From Vicugna vicugna (taxonomy: Eukaryota), in assembly GCA_013265495.1 (NCBI GenBank), contig MU057941.1, forward strand, positions 1 through 64,000: a stretch of 64,000 nucleotides of DNA. Direction: 5' to 3'. The position numbers were made by a program, and so were the translations under genes. The notes under the pieces are model-generated. The model was not told the DNA's origin. It did no database searches and saw only the letters and a program-made list of their open reading frames with translations. Positions 1 to 12,690 of this stretch are shown piece by piece. Each line of letters begins with the position of its first letter. The stretch's first letter is position 1.

Positions 1-2329
1 TGAAAATGAAGGATAACCTGAGATTATGGCAAATTCTGTAGAAATTAGGAATGTTTAAAAGAATAGTAGAAGTATATATTTTTTAAAGGGTGTTTGTTTA
101 ATTTCTATTCACTCTTCCCATGATTTAATTGCCTGTTTTTCTTTTCTGGTGACATGTAAAATTATAGGGCAATATGAAATCAGTGATACATTAGATTTAA
201 TAGAATATAGTAAATCATTTGGGGGCAAAGCTTATTTTAGTTTATAAACATTGTATTGGTTCTGTCTGTCCCAGTGAAGAGGCATAAAAAATATGCTTCC
301 TTTGAGAAGCAGTGTTAGGCCATGGGGAGCTGCATTTTTGTGTTGAATGAGTAAGAATTCTGAAAAGCAAGGGGAAAGAATGCTATAGGCACGTAGACTT
401 TCTATAAGGTTTGTTTTCATATCAGGTACATGCATTTGCATGATTTTGTATTTAGTTACATTTGTAACTGTTATGCTCCGCATAATTCATCGTTTAATAC
501 ATGCTTTTTAATGATGAGGAACAAATTCTGTGAGGTTGAACTTCTGCAGCTCTCATATTAAAGAACCATCTTTACATTCATCAGCACTGCTCTGGAGCCC
601 TGAGCTCCTGCCCAAGCCATCTTGTTCCTCCTCTGATCAGCAGTTTCACAGTGAAGCACCAACAAAGTGCGTAAGCACCGCCCCTGCCTGCCCCATTTCC
701 TTCTCAGTATGGACGTTTTCTCCTGTCACATGAAGAGGTGACAGTGTGTTTTAGTGTTATTTCAGGTCTTTTTCTCACTGGTGCTCTAGTTTCTGTATAA
801 TATTGGTTGGACACAGTGATTAACCATCAGAGCCTTTTCAGCCCCAGAGCTCGTTTTGCAGAAAGAAAGATAGTCGGGACCCTGAGTCGTTGATCCACTG
901 GCTGCTCCCAACCAAGAGTGAGAGGGGCGTCTCACAGTGGTCCTTTGTCTCTATGGCCCAGTGTGGTTTCGCCATCACCTTTGAACCTGGAGTACACTGT
1001 GTGTCCCTATAGCCTTTGGCCTAAATTAAAAGCTAGTTTCTGGTCCCTTTGCCTTAAGCCCATATAGTAATCTTAGTTTCTAGTTCTGGTGCCTCATAGA
1101 CCTAGGGAAACTTGAATTCATGGGAGAAAAAGATGAGAAAAGCTGGCATTTTTCCTTATGCCCTAAGTTTAAGTCACTTACAGCAGCTTGAGGAGGAGGG
1201 GGGCAGAGCAGAGGGGAGCGGTGGCCGAGGGGACGCCGTGGGCAAAAAGAGCTTTGCAGACTTTACTCTCTGTATGAAAGAGCGCTGTATTGACTGGTTT
1301 TGAGTTTAACTTAGGATACTAGTTACAGCGGTTGGGTTAGTCAGTCTGACTTCCGGTGTTGAATTGTTTACATCCGTGCAGTGGTAAACTAGTAACAGTC
1401 CTTAGTCTTATGCTTGTATAGCTCATAATTCTTAATTTAAATTTTACAGATTAGACCAAGCAGCCTACAGAACTCAAGGCATTCAGTTAATGTTACAATA
1501 GATAACTTTGCTGAAACCAAAGCACTGCTCACCACAGGAATGTGATTTGGGTCAGACTGCTGTCAGATACCCAGATCTTCAACTGCCTCTCATGGTTTTT
1601 TATTTGAAATACTTGGAAACCTTTGATTGTGTAGCCTGCCTGGACTGGTTGGTCCTGACTTAGTAAGAGTATATCATTTTCTCGTCTGACCATAACCAGT
1701 AAAGTATAGATAGGTGCCAGTGAGCTCATTAACATAAATCACAGGTTTGGGTGCTGGGATTTGTACTGAAAGGTAGTCATGCAGATAATCCAGAATATGG
1801 ATATTAATTTTTTTAATCTTAAAAATTAAAATGCAAATACTTAAGTCTTATGGAGACTTCTTAGATCCTCTAGAACACATCCCAGACCCCATTTTGAGAA
1901 ATTACTGGTCTACTGCTATGACAATGTGATGTTTCGATAAGAATCAGTGAGTTCATTCCTATACATTTCCTAAATCATCCAATAGAGGGAGACACTCTCC
2001 AGCTTCTTGGGTTTTTCAGTAGTATGACTATGTCCCTCTAGGTCACAGATTCTCATCCACAAGATGGTATGGGAAACTTCAGATTTAAGGACACGTAGGG
2101 AGTGAGGGAGTGCCTTAAAGATTGAGATGTAAAGGAATGAGGTTTTCTCAATCTCAAACAAAAGCAACGAAGATGAGCGTCTAGCCTTGAATGCTAGTGG
2201 AATCCACAGACCAGCAGTGTGTGTAACCTGGGCGTGCCAGACTGTTAGGATTCTGCTGAAAGTTAAATGTGCACATCATTGCTTTATATGTATAATATTA
2301 CATTGTTTTGTGTTAATTAGGAAATACTT

Positions 2330-2850
2330 TTGAAAAAGAATACAAATAGCTCTCAAACCTACAAAAAGATGTTCAGTTTTAGTCATAAAAGAAATGTGAA
2401 TTGTATAATGTGATGGCCAGTTTTTTCACCTGTTAGATCAGAAAGGTCAAAAGTTAGAAATACATTGTCAAAATCAAATTTGGGAAAAGAGAAGACTCTA
2501 CAGCGTTGGAGTGAATTTGGAGCAGCTGGCACTTTCACGCACTGTGGTGGGAGTTAAACTGATACGCCTTCTTCAGAGGGCAGCTTGTCAGTATCATCGA
2601 TATTTAGAGTGAAATGCTTTTTAGGTTGGAGACCCCACTTTTTAGAATTTATCCTGCAGATATAACCTGCAGCATTGTTTGTAAAAAGACTGAAAACCAA
2701 GCAACCATTTTTTAAAGGCCACTGTATATGTACTGATGGAGAACGATGCCTAGTGTGTTGCTCAGTGAGAAAACAAGTATGGTGTGTCGTTCCTTCTGTG
2801 TAAAAAGAAGTAGGTGGGTACAGACACGCTGATATATGTAGGAGCGGGGT
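2330..2850 (+). mobile_element. Old, degraded L1 (L1M-type) ORF2/3' fragment
   Basis: Degenerate L1-like motifs (aaaagatgttcag, gaccccactttttagaatttatcc, gcagcattgtttgtaa); boundaries approximate. Confidence 0.5.
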
Positions 2851-4770
2851 TCTTTGGAGGAATACAGAAAGGACTGGTAGCAGTGGTTCTGTTTGAGAAC
2901 TGGGGGACTCGGAGTCCGAAAGGAGTGGAAGACTCATCGTCTGTGTACACTGGATGTTCCTCTGTTCTTCGTTATGTGCACACATTACCTTCCCCAAAGG
3001 CAAAAATTACATCTGGATGTATGTGTACAAACTTGCACAGTAGAAACAGTGTCTCATGGCTCTCCAGCGTTCCTGACAGAGATGGTGGCAATGCGGTGAT
3101 GTGAAAAGTTTGTGGACTTTGCAGTGGGGCAGGTCTAGGGTCGGAGCTTGCTCTGGCACTGACTAATTACGTAACTTGCCCTTGAGCCTGTTTTGTCATT
3201 TGAAGGGGAGTACAGTACCCACATCCTGGGTTAAGGTAACACGTCAAAGAGCTTGTCAGCCTGCGCTAGTTTCCCTTTCCTGTGCTGGGGATTGCTAGAA
3301 CTTTGCATCAGAAACAGGTGGTGGTCTGCTCTGCCCACAGCCCAAGTGGACACTGAGACATGACCACTGACTAGGCTGACAGATACAGGTAGAACGGTAT
3401 TATGTATTAGAAAGTAACTTATACGAAGAACACTCATAAGTCTAGCACACACTGAAATTCTGGGTTTTGAGGGGGAGAGAGGACAGATAATAGAAAGAAT
3501 AGAAAAAGGAATAAATTGGGAGAAAGGAGGGTGTAAGCTACGAAGTAAGTCTTGACGAGACATCTGGAGACCTGATTCCGACTCTGTGTCAGACGACTGC
3601 AGAAACGCAGGTCCCCTGTCCTCCTCCCACAGTGAATTATTCCAAGACACGCGAAATCCCCAGCTGTCTGAGCCCTTTGGGTACACATTCTTTCCTTATG
3701 TGAGGAGGCAAGTGGCTCTTCACATTTGCTGCCTCTTCGTGAATGTGTGTATAAAAGCACGATAACCTCACAGACATGTCAAGTGTATTCGAGTATGCTT
3801 GGGGGTGTCTCCAGTTTGGTATGTGTGATCACATTCCTGTCTCTCTTTCTGTCTTGCCAAGTAGCAATCAAGCCTGGAATGAACTCCAAGGATTCCAAGT
3901 GCCAAGTCTGCTCATTTAAAATTGGATTTGTAGAAGCTTGTAACTAAAAAAAGTCCATGTCTGATCTAAACTTTAGGTAGAGCTAGCAACATTTTAAGAA
4001 CTTTGCCAGGAAAATGGTTAATGGATTTAAGGTGACTCCTAGGAGGTGGAGCGTTTATGACTTCTGAGGAACTTCCATGTGATTTGCTTCAGGTCCGAGT
4101 TTTCAAAGTAGTTTAAATATTCCCCAGGGAGAACACTCATTTCCGTGTTTCCATTTGATATAAGGACTAAATACTGTGTTAGAAGATATATATATAGTGG
4201 TTAGTTTTCTGGCTTCCTTCTCATAAAACATGGTAAGCAGAATTTAGTCAGTAATGATTGATAACCAGTTCTTCTTAAAACATTAAAGAATATACCCAAG
4301 AACTTAATTAAAGAAAGTAATTTCTCACCAGCACTTTTAGTTCCATGTGATATCGGTATCTCTCTGTAACACGGTTAAGGGGTCAGATGAAATGTTCCAC
4401 TCCTTCCCAAGCAGGCATTGCTGTTCCACGGGCACTGGCAGTTCTGTGAAGACCAGCCCCAGCCGTTTCTTAGACATGTGTTCTTTTCTCAGAAATTGTG
4501 TGAATGAGTATGTTAAGGGTTGAACCAAAAGAATTCCAGGCTCTAGCTAATGTGTCAAGCAAGAGTTAGGGCAGATTTTGGTAACACCAAAGGTAACGTG
4601 TCACTGTGAATTTACTGTAAAAGGCTTAGGCCCACTTGGTAGATTGATGCTACAGAGGTTACTTCCCCATTCACGTGAAGCCTCGTATCCTGCAGCGTTT
4701 CTTCAATAAAATAAGCAGCTTGTTCTGGTGATCTTTTTATCACCCCCCCCACCCCGCCTTTTCTCTGCAG

Positions 4771-4905
4771 GTGGATCATACAATCATCATGTACTTGATT
4801 GGACCAGACGGTGAGTTTCTAGATTATTTCGGCCAGAACAAGAAGAATGCAGAGATCGCTGGTTCAATTGCTGCGCGCATGAGGGAACACAGGAGAAAGA
4901 GCTAG
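4771..4905 (+). CDS. SCO1: SCO1 (cytochrome c oxidase copper chaperone), last coding exon; upstream exons not found in window
   Basis: Acceptor ttttctctgcag|GTG at 4770/4771. Translates [44 protein letters not shown] (TAG 4903-4905), the SCO1 C-terminus with the copper-ligand His of VDH. SCO1 is the known upstream neighbour of MYH3. Confidence 0.95.
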   Translation: MDHTIIMYLIGPDGEFLDYFGQNKKNAEIAGSIAARMREHRRKS

Positions 4906-5631
4906 TGGCCAGAGCGGTGCGGCTGTGCAGGGTTCTCCTGCTAACGAGGAAGGAAGCTCTGTCTCCACCCCGGAGCCGGTATATACACACTTACACATGC
5001 AGCACGAGAACAGCTGAGTTTTGGACAGGGTGTGTTACCCTTGGGTTCAGCCAAGATGGATTCTTGGAACTGTAAAGATTAGAACCAAAAGCCTCCCAAA
5101 GAGTCACCTTGAGACCAGAGGACCAAGTTACCGTGAAGCCAGTGGAATGGACCTCGGGGAAGGACCCAGCCAGAAAAAGCACAGCCAGCGCGTTTCCCCG
5201 TGAGAACAGGGCCCTCTGATCGGCGTAGCTTCCTCTCCCGTGTCTTGGACCCTTGCTCAGAAAGGCTGTACTGCGTTCCCAGGAAGAGCATCACTTCCAC
5301 AGTGCCCTTGCTTTCCTTTTTGAGTTCCTGGTGGCTGATAACAATCAGTTTAGGCTTTCTGACATTCGTAATTAATCTTTGCACTTGAAAGCATAAGTAT
5401 GGTCTTCCCTGTTAATGAATGATTGTGTTCCCCTGTCAGCAGGTGCTGATTTTACCAATGGAGAGGATGTTGTTGGGTTGAACCATTAAATAAGTTTCCT
5501 TAGGGATCTTTCATTTGATTTTTATCTAAATCCTGTGCCAGGTTTTCGGGGACCTGCCAGTGGACATGAGAGGATGTTGGTCATGTGATACAGGGTACTT
5601 TCCTGCCTGTGCAGAATTGCGTTGGGTCTGA

Positions 5632-5637
5632 AATAAA
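5632..5637 (+). terminator. SCO1: Candidate SCO1 polyadenylation signal
   Basis: AATAAA about 730 nt after the stop codon, followed by T/GT-rich sequence. Confidence 0.55.
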
Positions 5638-6244
5638 AATGTGCTCAGTTTTGCAGCTTGGGCGAGTGTGACCTTTCTTATGGGTGCAAAAATGGCAGTA
5701 CACAGCTTTCGGGGCTGAGACCCCCAGATGTGAGGGGGCAGGTAGGTGGGTGCTTGTTAAAGTGTGGGTTCCCAGGCCCTGAGATGGAGAAGGACGCAGA
5801 GACCTGACTCACACCTGACATCCCAGGGGACCTCTGTTGCAGTGGCCTGGGGACCAGGGTCGGGAAGTTGTTTTGTGGGGGTCAGGTTTCGGTTAGGGTG
5901 AGTGGGGACCCAGCTCATTTTCCAGCACGTGGATCCGTAAAGTGCTGGGCACACAGCCATTCAGGAAGACGCTGGCTTTTGTTTCTAAACTTAACTAACT
6001 TCCCTGGTGTCTGGGCTTGACGCGGATCACCGTTCTCCTTAAAGCTGCTGCAGAGCCCTCTGGAAGTGTCGGCACATCCCGACAGGTGTGGCCCCCCGGC
6101 AGACAACAGGCGCGTCAGCTCTGTTCTCTGGACTCATGACACGGGGCTGTCTTTTGGGTTTTAAATTCTCTTCTCATTATTTATGTTAAACCGACTATAG
6201 ATATTTATGTCGAAGTATGTGAAAAAGAAACATCTTAAACTAGT

Positions 6245-6550
6245 GTTTATGGGCTGAGTTGCATCCCCCGAGTGTCTAAGTCCTAGCTCCCAGCGCCTCA
6301 GAAAGTGACTGCGTTTGGGGATAGGGTCTCTAAAAAGGTGAGGAAGTTAAAATGAGGCCTTTAGCGTGGGCCCTGATCTTAGGAGGAGAGATTGGGACAC
6401 AGGCAGAGGGAAGAGCATGTGAAGACAGGGGCCTCCAGAAGAAACAAGCCCTGCCCACACCTCGATCTCGGACTGGGAGACAATAAACATCTATCACTGA
6501 AGCCCCGGGGCCGTGGTGCTTGGTTCCAGCGCCCCAGCAAGCTCATCCAG
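6245..6550 (+). mobile_element. MaLR solo LTR (MLT1-like)
   Basis: TG...tatgggctgagttg start, tttggggatagggtct, aagttaaaatgagg, gggccct, internal aataaa and ...ca end; layout typical of MLT1. Confidence 0.8.
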
Positions 6551-7762
6551 TGCTGTTCTCCTTTTGGATTCCTTAATAAAAAAAACTCCAAGATTTAGTT
6601 TATATTAACTTCAACTCAGAAGTAGTTGGCTTGGAATGACTTTCCTAGGAACCTTGTCAAGAAGGTGAGGGACTTAGTGATAAGACTAGTCTCATATAAC
6701 AAAGAAGATCCTCAGTATCTAAAATGCCAGACATTTAAAAAGATGGTCTGTTTTAAGCCACAGAACATTTATGTGGATCACTGCGGCAGCTTGCTCTGGA
6801 GCAGATTCCATCTTCATTCTCAGCTGTTGCAGGTTGGAGCTTGTGTAATGGTCCAGAAAAGGAACAAGCTTTTGAAGGATCCTTTGTTCTTCATTCCAGT
6901 GTCAAGTTTAAAGGCGTAGAAGTATGGAAAATGACCTCAGAGATGATGTCCAAATATGTTTACTCAAGAGGGGACAATCCCCGAGATTAAGATGTTGGCC
7001 TTACTTCTGAACCTGCACTGGAACTCAGGCCCCCATTCTAGTCATGCCCCTGCTTGTCCCGCTGCTGCGGGGGCGTTCATCATGACCTTGTAAGTCCAGA
7101 CGAAATGGGGGGCACCATGTGGGGCATGGGGCAACCTTTCAGTTGTGAATCTTGGGAAATTAAAACCAAGGCTGCCTCTCCACAACATATCACTTGAGGA
7201 CCTTGACCTGGGTGGGTTGCAGTGTTTTCACTGGCCTCTTCAGTGGAACTAGTATTGTTAAGAAGTGGCATTTATTTGAAAATTAGCTGTCTGTGCAATA
7301 GGCCCAGAAGTACTTCCTGCCTCTGGCTGTCCGTGAGTTGTAGGAGTCGAGAGTCACTGAGCACCAGTAAAGTGCCCGTGTGGACTGGATGGCTACTGTG
7401 AACCTATTCAGTGATTTGAAATTGTGAATGCAACCTGCATAAGATATTTTAAAATATCTTTTATTGTTTTTAAGTACAAAGTGAAAAAATTAAATTTTTC
7501 CAATCACCCACTATAAGTAATTGTTTTCTCGATTTTTGCATATAGCCCAATTTAAGTTTGTGTGTGTGTGAGCTACCCTTTCAAAGAACAGTCACACACA
7601 AGCATTTTTTCATTCTTTCAGCTTACACATTCTACTCATAGGTGTGAGTTACATGACTCTGTAAAGATATGAGTAGTTACTCCTGTTTATTAACAAGGTG
7701 CTATTAATAACCTCCTTGGCTATGTATTCCTTAATAACCCCTTTAGAACTTAGGAGGTAATT

Positions 7763-9514
7763 TTTTTTGGCTTTTGTGTGTGTGTGTGTGTGTATATATG
7801 TGTATATGTATATTTTTTTTCTATTTTATTGAGTTATAGTCAGTTTACAGTGTGCCAATTTCTGGTGTACAACTAATGCTTCAGTCATCCATGAACATAC
7901 ATACATTTTCATATTTTTCACCATAAATTACTGTAAGATATTGAATATAGTTCCCTGTGCTATGCAGTATGAACTTATTTATTTTATATATATTAGTATC
8001 TGCAAATCTCCAACTCTTAATTTATCCCTTCCCACCCCCAGATCCATTCCTTTTAAGCACTATGTAATATTCCACACTTTATTTTTTGCCTCATACTTTA
8101 ACACTATTTTTTTTTTATAAATAAGTTTTTCTTTTTTTTTTTTTTTAGATTCCATGTATAAGTGATATGTGGTATTTTTCTTTCTCTTTCTGGCTTGCTT
8201 CACTTAGAATGACAATCTCCATCCATGTTGCTGCAGATGGCATTATTGTATTCTTTTTATGGCTGAGTAGTATTCCACTGTATATATATACCACAACTTC
8301 TTTATCCAGTCCTCTGTCAGTGGACATTTAGATTGTTTCCATGTCTTTGCTATTGTAAATAGTGCTGCTATGAACACTGGGGTGCATGTATCTTTTTGAA
8401 CTCAGATTCCCTCTGGATATATGCTCAGAAGTGGGATTGCTGGATCATATGGTAAGTCTGTTTTTAGTCTTTTGAGGAATCTCCATACTGTTAGATTGTC
8501 GAGGTTTATCTCATTGTTCGTTCTTTCAGGGGACTTCTCTTGTTCTTTTAATTGGGAGTGGTTCCTCTGCATCATTTTACTTATATTTCTCTGGCTTTAT
8601 GGATTTAGGAGTATCAGTATTACTGTGGTCTTGAAGGGCTGTTCTCTTTGTTTTTATTTAAAGTGGGAGTGTTCCTGCGTAGACTGTGTGTCTAATAGTT
8701 TTGTTGCGAGGGCTTTTCTTAGTGTGGATGGTTGCTACGGCTGTCTTCATGAGTGCTGGCTGTTATCGCTTTGGGGATGTGGCTGGTGTTGTGATCAGAA
8801 CCCGCCCTGATTGCCGCTGTTGAGTGGGGCCTCCTGTTTTGTTCTGTGCTTGTCACAGCCTTGACAAGAGGCTGGGTCTGCCCCACTGTTGCTGGAAGAG
8901 AGGGTTCTAGACCCATTTCTGAGCTGTGGGGTGTGGTAGGCAGGGTTAGAGCGCTTCAGCTGGGAGGAAGAGTTGCTGAGTGTACGTCCGCAGATGTCCA
9001 CTGGGAAGTGCCCTCTGTGGTGTTGTCTGTCACTTGTTATGCAGGCTTACAAAGTACTCTGTTGACACTGCTTTCGTCCCCGCCTTAACTGCTGGAATGT
9101 CAGCCACCCTTTGGTGTCCCTCAGGTTCTGGGCCCCCAGAACCACTGGCACAGATCCGCCAGTGTCAGGTTCTAGGATCTGCCGTAGCATGAAGTCACAC
9201 ACCTGGATCTGTGATGCGCCACAGGTCAGCACAGATCCCAGCCCTGCCTCCACGCACAGGATGGTAGGCCGGCCTGCTGTAAATCCTGCTATGTGCCAAA
9301 ACCCTGCTTACTACCTGTCCCAGAGGCACAGGTTCACAAAGGCACCAGCAGAGCAAAGCCACCTGCTCTGCCAGAGGCTGTATACAAACCTCAGTGCCAC
9401 CTGTGAAGCTGCCTGGCCCCTGGGTTTTCAACCCCGCCTCCAGGCAGCATGGCCCAGCCCCACCTCTCTTCTCGAGAGAACAGAGCAACAGTGGAGCCAC
9501 GTGCAGCTCTGGCG
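7763..9514 (-). mobile_element. Internally deleted L1 (5'UTR + ORF1 start joined to ORF2 end + 3'UTR), TSD-flanked
   Basis: 7810-8492 is homologous to the L1 3' end at 53320-53990. 8493-8575 encodes an ORF1-like N-terminus. TSD aggaggtaatt at 7752-7762 and 9515-9525. Confidence 0.85.
7776..7812. repeat. (TG)n/(TA)n microsatellite in L1 tail
   Basis: tgtgtgtgtgtgtgtgtatatatgtgtatatgtata seen directly. Confidence 0.9.
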
Positions 9515-10949
9515 AGGAGGTAATTATTTTATATTCATTTTTAGAATGTTATTTTAAAGTTAATTCGTCCTTCCATGATGATGGCATAAAAATTTGGAAT
9601 ATATGGAAAACGAAGAAATTCTTGAATCACCATTGTTCCACCACCAGGGAACCGTTTGGATACATTTATTTTGAATCTTCAACTTTAATCTTTTCTTACA
9701 CCAGAAATCCACCAATGTGTTCCTTTAAAAAATCAGCCATGACAGCTCAAGCTCGAGTCTTTTTAACCACCACTCCCCTCCTTCCTCGCAGTCACCTGCT
9801 GTTTAGTGTTGGGTGGGCATCATTCCAGCATATAAGGGGTCCACCTGGGCTGTGTCCAGGCTCAGGTTATGAACACTCAGTTAAACGTGTCACCACGTGA
9901 CTAGCACAGTTACTGCTCAGTCTTTATGTGACTTATTTTTGTTACATTTCTGTATAGTTATATTCCTGAATTTGGTAAATATTGAAGATAGCCCAAAATA
10001 GCTCCCTCTTGCCAATATTAGGTAGTGGATTAACTTGAGAAAAAATTAGTTTTCAGGGCAAACTTCTGCTGTCCCCTCACTGCTCAGCACAGACACAGCC
10101 ACACCCATTACTGAGTGGCGTCGTGGACCACAAGGCCAGCAGCCCTTAGAACCACAGGCCTCGGGCTTCCCTGCAGGTGCTGGCGGGTGTGCAGCGTGTG
10201 CACACGGCCTGGCTCCACCGTGGTGCGTTGCTCCTCAGGAGTTCATCGCACAGAAACCAGCCTGGTTTCCATCCTGACCATGCTGGCTCAGCCAGCCTCT
10301 CGAAGCCTCACTTTTCTTACCTGTAACCTAGACATAATAGCACAGGTGTCACAGGGTGGGTATGAGGGTTAAATAACAGCACATGCTCAGAGTGACGGCT
10401 GCCATTAATTTTGGTCCTGATGAGGGTGGTGATTGGGGCTTGCTTGAGAGGTGTCAACAGGGCGTTTGTTATGAGTGTTCTCCACCCTCCCTGTGTCCCC
10501 GCCCCACTTCAGCCTGCCTTGCGGGTCCTGATTCCTGAAACTCCTGCATCTTCTGTTCCCCAGTCCCCCCAGGTCCCCCACCCTGATACACTTATCTCAT
10601 AAGCCTGCAGCTGTTTCGTCACCTTGTCTTCATGAACTGTTCATACCTGCCTTCTTAAAGGGTATTCAGATTTAGAGAAAAGCTTCTTGGAAAAACCATG
10701 AGGGTCAAAGCAGAAAGTTTGGGGCGCTTGGTCCTGACACAGGAACGGCGGGGTGTGAGTATATCTGTGGTGAGAGCAGGCTGCTCTGCGGGGTCCTTCC
10801 TCTGGGGCCTGGTGATCTGTCCTCCCGGCACCAGCTGTGACTGTGGCTTTGATTCACTTAGGAGTCTGAGGGGGTCATGAAAGTCACTCACCCTGTGTCC
10901 TATTTCAGGAGAACATCTCTAAGGATATTTAACTGAAAGAAACCTTGAG

Positions 10950-11400
10950 TTTTCTTTTTTCTTTTTATTGTGGGAAAATTTAAAAGATTCAAAGAGTGGA
11001 ATAGTTCAGTGAACCCAATGTGCCCGTCACCAGACTTCGGTAGTTACCACCGTGGCTAGTCCTGCTTCACCTCCGCCTCCGCCCAGCCCCGCACGTGTGC
11101 CCATCAAAGAAGACACACCACCTGTTTTTTGAAGATAATTTCACTGTCACACCAAAAGAGGTTTATTTATTTGGGCTTGATATCAACTATCCTGTTAGTG
11201 AAAAGTTTATAATTGGGTCCTTTGCTTTCAGGGAGCCAGGACATCTCATTGTGGAGAGATGTCCTGTCCACGTTGCACGTGTGGCTCTGGGTTTGTACCC
11301 AATCAACGAGGACACGAGGGGCTTCCCACCACTCCCACTCACAGGGGGGGCAGCATTCGAGCCGGATGGTTACTGAACCAAACTGGGGTCCCGGCAAGTT
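10950..11400 (-). mobile_element. Old L1 (L1MC-like) 3' fragment
   Basis: Poly-T start followed by degenerate L1MC-type 3'UTR motifs; boundaries approximate. Confidence 0.45.
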
Positions 11401-11479
11401 CCCATAGGGTGTTGCTCGGTTACAGGACCAGGTTAGAAAGCCCAAACCAGTAGTCTTGGTTTTTTAATTTGTGGAACAG

Positions 11480-11748
11480 GGATAACTGATGAGCTGCGAT
11501 GCTGTGAGAACAGGGAAAGCTAATCTACGGTCGTAGTCAGGACAGTGCTCACCTGTGGCAGGAGGTGGGCGGTTACTAGTTGAAAAGCGCAGGGAGACCT
11601 TCCGGAGCCGTAGAAATGCGCCGTAGCTTGATCTGGACAATGACTTATGCAGCTAAAAATGTTTTAAGTATAAACTTAAAAAGATGAATGCATCTGATTG
11701 TATGTGATCTGTAACTCAAAAACAAAACAAAACAAAACAAAACAAACA
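11480..11748 (+). mobile_element. Old L1 3' end ending in a (CAAAA)n microsatellite
   Basis: aagctaatctacggt...gtcaggacagtg...cttgatctgg...attgtatgt motifs; caaaa repeats at about 11717-11748. Confidence 0.65.
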
Positions 11749-12524
11749 ACGGAGGAAGGGGAGAAGAGTTCCTGTGAAGGGTACCCTGCGAGGTGGAGAA
11801 GGCATCGGCCATCACTCAGCAACTCGCTGCAGCTCCGACAGGGACACAAGCTCAAAGCTCCGCCAGGTTGCAGGTAAGAGGGGACTGAACGGAGACTCTG
11901 CGGGCTTTGACAGAGCAGTGGCAGGATGCTGGCCAGAGCGGTCGGGCTGGGTGTGATGTGGGCGCTCTGGGGAGGTTGACCCCTCATCCCCGCTCAGCTG
12001 GAGGACGCGGCTAAAGCAGGCACAGCCTTGAGAGGCAGAGAAGTTTGGTCAGAATTTTGTTGGGGGGTGGGCTCGCAGGCACCACAGCAGGGGAGGGGGG
12101 AGCAGGCATGGTCTCATGGGCTGTGAGAGATGCATCAGGTCGTTGTAAAAGTACAGGGCTGAGGCCAAGTCCCTTTATACGGAAAGGCCAGAATGCCGCC
12201 CTTATAACTGAGCCCCGGGAAGCATTATCGGGCGAGTCCGTGGCTGGTGGCCCCTTGTCCACACTCCACTCAGGCTGACACAAAGGTACAGGGCAAAGCC
12301 CGACTCTAGACACGTGGGGAGCCTCCCAGTCTCAAGGTTGTGCTAAGTGGCTCGTCCTCTACAGCTGCTGGGCACCCAGGTCTCTGCCGTGACCTTGAGG
12401 GTGTGGAGGTGTCAGATGTGGCCCTGACCACCTAGGACGTCCTCACCATGTAGGAGAGGGCGGGCCCGAGCGGGACTGCCTGCAAGTTTGGAGCAGAGCT
12501 AGTCTCGTCCTAGAACTCCCTCTG

Positions 12525-12690
12525 CAGACTTGCTGCCCACGCGTGGTCCCTGCACGGCCAGGATCACGTCCCCGGGAGCTTAACAGGAACGCCGAGTCAG
12601 GCTCCATCCAGGCCTCCTGAATCAGAATCTGGTCTAACGAGACCCCACGTGATGCTCATGCACATTAAGGTTCGAGAGCCACTGCTCTAC
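12525..12690. mobile_element. MER5A-like hAT DNA transposon
   Basis: gtggtccc...ctcctgaatcagaatctg...gtgat...atgcacattaaggttcgagagccactgctcta matches the recalled MER5A pattern. Confidence 0.75.

Noticed and set aside
1..4770. Additional SCO1 exons
   Set aside because: I could not find the preceding exon's peptide (GLTGT...YRVYYS...DEDYI); treated as intron.
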